A stretch of 20,000 nucleotides of DNA, taken from positions 57,857 to 77,856 of IMG/VR virus record IMGVR_UViG_3300042868_008532, one strand, 5' to 3'. Within the stretch, counting starts at the first letter, position 1. Each line of letters starts with the position of its first letter. A program made the position numbers and the translations under genes. This document shows positions 14,714-20,000 of this stretch, one piece after another. The notes under the pieces were generated by a model. The model was not told the DNA's origin, searched no databases, and was given only the letters and a program-made list of their open reading frames with translations. The stretch comes from an uncultured virus (IMG/VR IMGVR_UViG_3300042868_008532) (taxonomy: Duplodnaviria > Heunggongvirae > Uroviricota > Caudoviricetes).

Positions 14714-14884
14714 ATGAATAAAGAACAAATTTTTGGTGTTATTCGCCATGTATTCACTGCCGTTGGTGGTATTGTAATTGCTCAAGGTTACATTTCTGAC
14801 GGATTGTACACTGAACTATCGGGTGCGGTATTAACATTAGTTGGTGTAATTTGGTCAATTGTTGCCAAAAAACCAGTAGTGTAA
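14714..14884 (+). CDS. small two-TM putative holin (56 aa)
   Basis: MNKEQIFGVIRHVFTAVGGIVIAQGYISDGLYTELSGAVLTLVGVIWSIVAKKPVV; GxxRHxxTxxGG...WS pattern of small phage holin-like proteins; TATTTATA upstream, terminator downstream; not in the ORF track. Confidence 0.75.
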   Translation: MNKEQIFGVIRHVFTAVGGIVIAQGYISDGLYTELSGAVLTLVGVIWSIVAKKPVV

Positions 14885-14892
14885 TAAACAAT

Positions 14893-14924
14893 AAAAAGGG
14901 TTAGATAATTCTAACCCTTTTTTT
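14893..14924. terminator. bidirectional intrinsic terminator
   Basis: AAAAAGGGTTAG-ATAATT-CTAACCCTTTTT. Confidence 0.8.
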
Positions 14925-14937
14925 ATAATTATTATTT

Positions 14938-15282
14938 TTAATAATCCCAAATATCTTTATCTTTATCTCTTTTAAGTAATTTTTTATATTCGAGAACTTT
15001 TTTTGGATTTATAAATCTAATTCCGTTATATAGGAATGAATGATTATCAATTAAATCATCAATATCATATTTGGGCCAATTATCGAAGAACTCAATATCT
15101 TTGGTTCTATATTCTCCTTTATCATTGAATCCCCATTTTGATGGTCGTATAATAACATCTAAATCGTTAACATCATCAACCATACCGGTTATCACTAATG
15201 GTGCCGAACCAAAAACAGCATAATCCTCAGAGTTTAAATTATAATCCTTGAGTTTATCCATTAAAAATTTAAAGTTTTTCAT
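14938..15282 (-). CDS. minimal Pol-beta-superfamily nucleotidyltransferase-like protein
   Basis: YAVFGSAPL...NDLDVII (hGS + DxD), third acidic residue in IEFF, C-terminal R.KD..D. Confidence 0.65.
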   Translation of the reverse strand: MKNFKFLMDKLKDYNLNSEDYAVFGSAPLVITGMVDDVNDLDVIIRPSKWGFNDKGEYRTKDIEFFDNWPKYDIDDLIDNHSFLYNGIRFINPKKVLEYKKLLKRDKDKDIWDY

Positions 15283-15300
15283 ATTGATAAATATATAAAA

Positions 15301-15497
15301 AAAAGTTTAACAACCCCGCCCTTGGGTCGTAGCGGGCAACAATGGGAAATCCGGAATTCGTCGTGTTCGTCACCGGCGTACTAGTCCTTATCTATCCTTT
15401 ACCATATTTCTATGGTGCTACTATTGGGAGGTCACCCCTATCAACACGTCTAGTCCATTAATTTTTTAGAGTATGGACACCCCGGTTGTTAAACTTT
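15301..15497 (-). ncRNA. candidate structured ncRNA (~197 nt)
   Basis: Perfect 15-bp closing stem AAAAGTTTAACAACC/GGTTGTTAAACTTTT; internal ACCATA-GAAA-TATGGT GNRA hairpin, GTCCAT/ATGGAC and CGTGTT/AACACG helices. Confidence 0.55.
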
Positions 15498-15505
15498 TTA
15501 ATTTG

Positions 15506-15578
15506 GGATATTGATAGGATTCGAACCTATATCCTCCCGGCCTTACGCCGGTCGCACGTCCAATTGTGCTTCAAAATC
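15506..15578 (-). tRNA. aberrant tRNA, anticodon loop CGTAAGG (no U33); identity undetermined
   Basis: Full cloverleaf (GATTTTG/CAATATC, GCAC/GTGC, CCGG/CCGG, ATAGG-TTCGAAT-CCTAT) but G33 and possible C32-G38 pair; G-1 opposite C73. Confidence 0.65.
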
Positions 15579-15650
15579 CATATTTCTTCGGGAGAGACCC
15601 TCTAGGGATAACCATAACGGAATTACCCTTGACTCACTCTCCGTCTTCTG

Positions 15651-15721
15651 CGCAGACCGTAGGAATCGAACCTACCCATCGAGGTTTTGGAGACCTGACC
15701 GACGCCTTGTCTGTGACCTGC
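15651..15721 (-). tRNA. tRNA-Trp (CCA)
   Basis: GCAGGTC/GGTCTGC+G73, AGGT-CTCCAAA-ACCT, short D arm. Confidence 0.82.
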
Positions 15722-15725
15722 ATTT

Positions 15726-15885
15726 AATAACATAATTCTTCTTGGTTCCCCGCCGGGTAACCCCCCTACTTTTTCACACAACCCGGATGCCTCCGAATCT
15801 AATTTTCTATTTTACTCCCTAGTAAGAAACGCGTCTTCCATTCGGTTGTTCAAGCCCATTTTCGTGGTTAAACAATTATGTTATT
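15726..15885 (-). ncRNA. candidate structured ncRNA (~160 nt)
   Basis: 12-bp closing stem AATAACATAATT/AATTATGTTATT; internal CCGAAT/ATTCGG and CCGGGT/ACCCGG helices; fills the Cys-Trp spacer exactly. Confidence 0.5.
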
Positions 15886-15887
15886 TG

Positions 15888-15957
15888 AGGTCTCGGTGGG
15901 AATCGAACCCACTCTGTTAGTTTTGCAGACTAACCGGTCGCCACGACCATCAAGACC
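15888..15957 (-). tRNA. tRNA-Cys (GCA)
   Basis: GGTCTTG/CGAGACC+U73, loop CTGCAAA, short D loop GTGGC. Confidence 0.88.
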
Positions 15958-16032
15958 AATTAACCTACGACCTAAAGAACAGGAATTGTGTCCATATCAT
16001 TCTATGAGTACCGTAGGTTTTCTATTTTAAAA

Positions 16033-16139
16033 TTATCACTACGGGATTCGAACCCGTATTCAGTAACAAATTAAGAGATTCTATCTCAGTTACTATGCTA
16101 ACCCAAGGTGGTATTCATTCCCACTTACACCAAGTGATA
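16033..16139 (-). ncRNA. tRNA-like RNA with D-loop hairpin insert and anticodon-loop insert
   Basis: TATCACT/AGTGATA+A; D loop contains a GTGG/CCAC hairpin; anticodon stem AGTAAC/GTTACT encloses 21 nt with a GAGA/TCTC hairpin; T arm ACGGG-TTCGAAT-CCCGT. Confidence 0.68.
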
Positions 16140-16143
16140 ATCT

Positions 16144-16986
16144 TTAATTTTCTGTTTCTAATCTTTTAATAACATCTTTAATATTGATATATGATGTTAA
16201 AATTGTTGGTAACCCAAGAAGAGCATTACAAAAGTCGAACATATATCTATAAGTTGAAAATACACTTCCCACACTCACCTTATTATACATTACATAGTAA
16301 GTTAACAATGCGGTTACACTTCCATAAACAATTCCTTGAATCCAAATTGAGAACTTAGCATCAATACTTGACATTTTAAGAGATAAGGACTGACCTCTTT
16401 TTAACAAATTGTTAATTGCTGAGATTTTTCTCGTACCAATCACATCAGTTTGTTCTTCAGACAAATCATTATATTGACTCGTAATATCTGCTATCTTTGG
16501 TGAATAATATGCTGTCGCTCCCAAGATTAAAATTGTTGTGATAATCAAGAACCCAACAATCGGTAAACTTACCATTGACAAGAAGTAGATAGCACCAACC
16601 AAACCAATGATTGTTTGTATTACTAACAACATATCTCTCTCAAAAAACTGAACGATGTAGTGCATTAAGGTTAATCTTCCATTGATTTTGGTAGTCTCAA
16701 CATCACTATCAAGTTGTTTACAAGTTTCAATAGAAGCAAATCTTCTATAAATTCCGGAGAACACTTTAGTGTCGTAAATTCTACTAATATATCCAAAGAA
16801 CATAATCGCAGCAAACGTAGAAACCAAATACCATATGTATGAATAATCTTTAACTATCAAATGGTCAATCGCATTACCCAAAACTTTTGGATACATAACC
16901 ATTAATATCGCATTAATCATAAACAATGAATACGAAAACATTATTGATTTCCAATTCTCCCTAAACATTATTTTTAACTTATTCAT
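16144..16986 (-). CDS. ABC-transporter six-TM membrane domain protein (no ATPase)
   Basis: Six hydrophobic segments; YPKVLGNAID, RIYDTKVF..IY, FFE motifs of ABC_membrane_3-like proteins; TATCTTTG box at 17009-17016. Confidence 0.75.
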   Translation of the reverse strand: MNKLKIMFRENWKSIMFSYSLFMINAILMVMYPKVLGNAIDHLIVKDYSYIWYLVSTFAAIMFFGYISRIYDTKVFSGIYRRFASIETCKQLDSDVETTKINGRLTLMHYIVQFFERDMLLVIQTIIGLVGAIYFLSMVSLPIVGFLIITTILILGATAYYSPKIADITSQYNDLSEEQTDVIGTRKISAINNLLKRGQSLSLKMSSIDAKFSIWIQGIVYGSVTALLTYYVMYNKVSVGSVFSTYRYMFDFCNALLGLPTILTSYINIKDVIKRLETEN

Positions 16987-17026
16987 ATCTCCTCTTTTTT
17001 AATTTTGACAAAGATACAATTAAATT

Positions 17027-17818
17027 TTAAAATAATTTGGTTTGAACTGAAAAAACTTTTTCTAATCTTTTTTCAGACATTTTAACATATTCATCGTGTA
17101 TTTCATAACCAAGACCTTTTCTCCCCAATTTCTTACACGAAACTAATGTTGTTCCTGAACCTAAAAATGGGTCTAACACTAAATCACCATAAAAAGAATA
17201 ATATTTTACAATATTGTCTGATAATTTTTCAGGATATGGTGCCAAATGTTTTGATTTAGTCTCCGGATTAATTAACCAAACATTACTTCGTTCATATTCT
17301 TCATTAACCAATGATTTCTCCAAAGTTTCTTTATCATACGACCTAACAATCTTATCTATTAAAAAGTTAGCCGGTTTTTGAAATACTAATATTGTTTCCG
17401 ATACTAAATTTGGTTTATACGCCACAGGTTTTCTATGTTGGAAGAACCCGCCATTTCTATTAATTGCAGCACCTTCAGGTTTAACCCAAACAATATCATC
17501 AATATATTTCCAACCCATTTTTTCCATTATTGCGAAAAAGTGGAATGGGATTGCCAAACGTTTACTTTCGTGAGACCTTGATTCTCGAGCCACAATAACC
17601 GGAGATAAATTTACCACACACATACGACCATCCTTAGTTATTCTGAAAATTTCTAAAAAAACATTTTTTAAAAATTCCAAGTAATCTTCATATGTTGGCC
17701 ATTCACTATATGACTTAGCATTATAATAGGGTGGAGAAGTCCAAGTTAAATCAACACAAGGTTCTTCAATTTTTTTTAATCCAGATAAACAATCTTCATT
17801 TATTATTTTTAATTCCAT
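17027..17818 (-). CDS. beta-class DNA amino-methyltransferase (N4-C or N6-A)
   Basis: Catalytic TSPPY near the N-terminus, HLAPYP, SAM-binding VLDPFLGSGTT near the C-terminus. Confidence 0.92.
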   Translation of the reverse strand: MELKIINEDCLSGLKKIEEPCVDLTWTSPPYYNAKSYSEWPTYEDYLEFLKNVFLEIFRITKDGRMCVVNLSPVIVARESRSHESKRLAIPFHFFAIMEKMGWKYIDDIVWVKPEGAAINRNGGFFQHRKPVAYKPNLVSETILVFQKPANFLIDKIVRSYDKETLEKSLVNEEYERSNVWLINPETKSKHLAPYPEKLSDNIVKYYSFYGDLVLDPFLGSGTTLVSCKKLGRKGLGYEIHDEYVKMSEKRLEKVFSVQTKLF

Positions 17819-18246
17819 TATAGGTTAAAATTTCTTGCGGAATCTTTTTTATTAGAACAATCACCGCTGTCGATGCTCTTTCTATTATGACATAATTTAC
17901 AAAATGTTTTAACATTTTCAGTATCATTATTATTGTGGTCACCATCTAAATGGTCTAAATCTAAACAACCAATTTCAAATCCAACCCAATCTTCAATGGT
18001 TGGGACCGGACATTTAAATCCTAATTGACCATCAATATTTTCACAATATTTTTTCTTATGAATGACAATACCTTCTCTAATTACCCCTTTTTTTCTATCT
18101 GTTTGACATCTTGAACATTCAGTCTTAAAAGACCAATTTGTCCAACTTCTAACCGCAACATCATTATCGCACCCAATGTTTACACACTTAGGTAAAATAA
18201 GACCCCTTTCATAATATTTAGTTTTTTGTACGTTTGAAATACTCAT
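17818..18246 (-). CDS. HNH endonuclease-like protein with Zn fingers
   Basis: LDLDHLDGDHNNND.EN...CKLCH; TAATG overlap with the methyltransferase. Confidence 0.8.
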   Translation of the reverse strand: MSISNVQKTKYYERGLILPKCVNIGCDNDVAVRSWTNWSFKTECSRCQTDRKKGVIREGIVIHKKKYCENIDGQLGFKCPVPTIEDWVGFEIGCLDLDHLDGDHNNNDTENVKTFCKLCHNRKSIDSGDCSNKKDSARNFNL

Positions 18247-18279
18247 ATTTTTTAGTTTATATAATAATACGAGTTTTTT

Positions 18280-18789
18280 TTAGAAAAACAAATATGGTTC
18301 CCATTCTTTTGGAATTTCGTGGTGAACCTGTTTCATCAACATCAAATAGTGTGGTCGTCTTGGTTGTGGAATTTCTTTACCATACTCTTCCAATGTTAAA
18401 TTGGACTTCTCACCGTTACATCTTCTACAAGCGGTAACCAAGTTGTCCCAACTGTCTTTACCACCCTTAGATTGGGGCACTACGTGGTCTAATGTTAACG
18501 ACTTTCTATTATTGTCCCCACAATACACACACTCAAAATTATCTCTACGATAAACATTCTCTCTACTTAAAGGAACTTTTTGAATTATCTGATTCACATA
18601 TTTGTAGACCCGGATAATTGATGGTTTTTTGATATCCAATTCAGGATTCACTAATTTGAATGATTCCGGATGTTCATTTATAACGTCAGCATTACCCTTA
18701 TAAGAAATGACGAAAGCCCTCTCTGTGGAAATAATACTCCTCGCCATAAAACTTGAATCCAAAACCAAAGTTTTTTGGTAACTACTCAC
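18280..18789 (-). CDS. HNH endonuclease (McrA-like/HNH_5)
   Basis: TLVLD...PSIIR...SRENVYRRD..CVYCG...TLDHVVPQSKGG...WDNLVTACRRCN..K. Confidence 0.9.
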   Translation of the reverse strand: MSSYQKTLVLDSSFMARSIISTERAFVISYKGNADVINEHPESFKLVNPELDIKKPSIIRVYKYVNQIIQKVPLSRENVYRRDNFECVYCGDNNRKSLTLDHVVPQSKGGKDSWDNLVTACRRCNGEKSNLTLEEYGKEIPQPRRPHYLMLMKQVHHEIPKEWEPYLFF

Positions 18790-18820
18790 GACTATTAATT
18801 TTTAATTAAACATTTTTTTG

Positions 18821-18891
18821 TACCCCCAGGTGGTATCGAACCAACTTCCCGATATTAAAAGTATCGTGCTTCACCTTAAAGCTTTGGGGGT
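18821..18891 (-). tRNA. tRNA-Lys (TTT)
   Basis: ACCCCCA/TGGGGGT, CGATA-CTTTTAA-TATCG; A8/U14. Confidence 0.88.
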
Positions 18892-18973
18892 GATTGGGCT
18901 CATTTTACTCTATCATTTGGCTCAAAATATAAGTAATTTGAGCTTAATAATCAAAATCAGTGAGCCACATTTG

Positions 18974-19047
18974 TAGGTGGTATGAGACTCGAACTCATAA
19001 CCTCTTCGGTATCAGCGAAGGACTCCAACCAATTGAGCTAACCACCT
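18974..19047 (-). tRNA. tRNA-Ile (GAT)
   Basis: AGGTGGT/ACCACCT, CTTCG-CTGATAC-CGAAG. Confidence 0.92.
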
Positions 19048-19053
19048 AAATTG

Positions 19054-19130
19054 TCGGGATAGCAGGATTCGAACCTGCGAGTTCTCCTGCTCCCAAAGCA
19101 GGCGGGGTAACCGGACTCCCCAATATCCCG
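19054..19130 (-). tRNA. tRNA-Pro (TGG)
   Basis: CGGGATA/TATCCCG, CCTGC-TTTGGGA-GCAGG. Confidence 0.92.
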
Positions 19131-19195
19131 AATTTTCTAATTCTACGCTTCCCCCATACTGTTAGGGTTCTATAAATTAGTAACAATCTCCCTCG

Positions 19196-19269
19196 TCTAA
19201 ATGACTGGACTCGAACCAGCGGTCTGTACATTCCAAGTGTACCGGATTAACCAACTTTCCCACATCTAG
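19196..19269 (-). tRNA. tRNA-Pro (TGG), second copy with A37
   Basis: CTAGATG/CATTTAG+A, GTACA-CTTGGAA-TGTAC. Confidence 0.82.
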
Positions 19270-19275
19270 AATTTA

Positions 19276-19386
19276 ATTAGTTGAGTTTATAACATCTTTA
19301 TCCTACTAAGGCAAGGACTCCATTTGGGGTTCCGTTGATTGATGTCTCTTTATACCCCTTGACGGAACAAACGGGGGAACTAATTA
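19276..19386 (-). ncRNA. candidate structured ncRNA
   Basis: AATTAGTT/AACTAATT closing stem; internal GTTCCGT/ACGGAAC helix. Confidence 0.35.
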
Positions 19387-19388
19387 TT

Positions 19389-19583
19389 TTATAATGATTT
19401 AATTAACTCATCATACTTACCTGAGTGATAATCCTCTACCATTTGTTGAATTCTTAAATCTCTTGATTCAACACCTTTTCTTAGTTTTTCAAGTTGTTCG
19501 GGTGTTGGATTGTTATTTACCGTGTAATTGACTCCTATCGCATCTAATTTATCGGTAATTTCTTTTATTTCAATTTTTTTCAT
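19389..19583 (-). CDS. hypothetical phage protein
   Basis: 64-aa ORF with ATG. Confidence 0.6.
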   Translation of the reverse strand: MKKIEIKEITDKLDAIGVNYTVNNNPTPEQLEKLRKGVESRDLRIQQMVEDYHSGKYDELIKSL

Positions 19584-19588
19584 AATAT

Positions 19589-19684
19589 CTATTTTACCTC
19601 TAAATAAAGAGTAACTTTAATTCCTTTTTTAGTTATGAAAAACCCTGCTTCATACCAAAATTTTTCTTTCTCTTTTTCTTCCAT
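19589..19684 (-). CDS. putative 31-aa peptide
   Basis: MEEKEKEKFWYEAGFFITKKGIKVTLYLEVK, between tRNA-Ser and the 64-aa ORF. Confidence 0.4.
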   Translation of the reverse strand: MEEKEKEKFWYEAGFFITKKGIKVTLYLEVK

Positions 19685-19700
19685 AATCTTTAATTTTCTG

Positions 19701-19786
19701 CGGAGAGCAGAATACTCGAAATCCATCCCTTTTACAGAACCACTCGCTTAGCAGGCGGTGACAATACCCTGATTGTTTTACTCTCC
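19701..19786 (-). tRNA. tRNA-Ser (GCT)
   Basis: GGAGAGT/GCTCTCC+G73, loop CTGCTAA, long variable arm. Confidence 0.85.
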
Positions 19787-19878
19787 AATTCGTAGGACAT
19801 CGCTTAACCTACAGTGAATAGCTCTTTCACTTTTGACGTTGCCATATTTACATATGTTGGCATCTAACGATTTTTTTG

Positions 19879-19951
19879 TGTCCCCAAGAGGATTCGAACC
19901 CCTATCGTATCTGCCGTAAAGATAAGTCCTATCCAATTGAACGATGGAGAC
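19879..19951 (-). tRNA. tRNA-Arg (ACG)
   Basis: GTCTCCA/TGGGGAC, TATCT-TTACGGC-AGATA. Confidence 0.92.
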
Positions 19952-20000
19952 AATTTGAGGTTGAGAACTCCTCTGTGTTGTGTAGGATGATATAACCTAC

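Noticed and set aside
15511..19231. ORFs 15511-15735, 18234-18437 and 19046-19231
   Set aside because: They overlap tRNA genes or the HNH gene and translate tRNA sequence (e.g. GFEP, GSNP).
10533..19951. Stop-codon reassignment or suppressor tRNAs
   Set aside because: No CTA/TTA/TCA anticodons were found, and genes read intact in code 11 with TAA, TAG and TGA all used as stops.

Overview
AT-rich, gene-dense segment, mostly on the minus strand, of a large lytic bacteriophage. The host is very probably a Bacteroidota/Flavobacteriia member: nine TATCTTTG (-7) promoter boxes occur, five with a TTTG (-33) box 19-20 nt upstream, and a lipoprotein carries Bacteroidota O-glycosylation sequons. Contents: (i) an RNA end-healing/sealing cluster (NT5C HAD phosphatase, cyclic-phosphate receiver domain, metallophosphoesterase, P-loop kinase, Rnl1-type RNA ligase); (ii) lysis/envelope-type genes (M15-like peptidase, TM+GAF-like protein, small holin, lipoprotein); (iii) free-standing GIY-YIG/HNH endonucleases, an amino-methyltransferase and a minimal nucleotidyltransferase; (iv) an RNA island of 18 readable tRNAs plus one aberrant tRNA, none with a complete encoded N73-CCA end. 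The most striking feature is seven tRNA-like RNAs that keep an acceptor stem and T-arm but whose anticodon or D region is replaced by multibranch inserts or a second T-arm; four share the acceptor stem AGTCAGG/CCTGACT. Also notable are three tRNAs with a co-varied non-canonical elbow (T-loop AGCGUUA, D-loop AG) and several 110-220 nt closed-stem ncRNA candidates between the tRNAs, one with a clear pseudoknot. All structures were read by eye and no searches were run.
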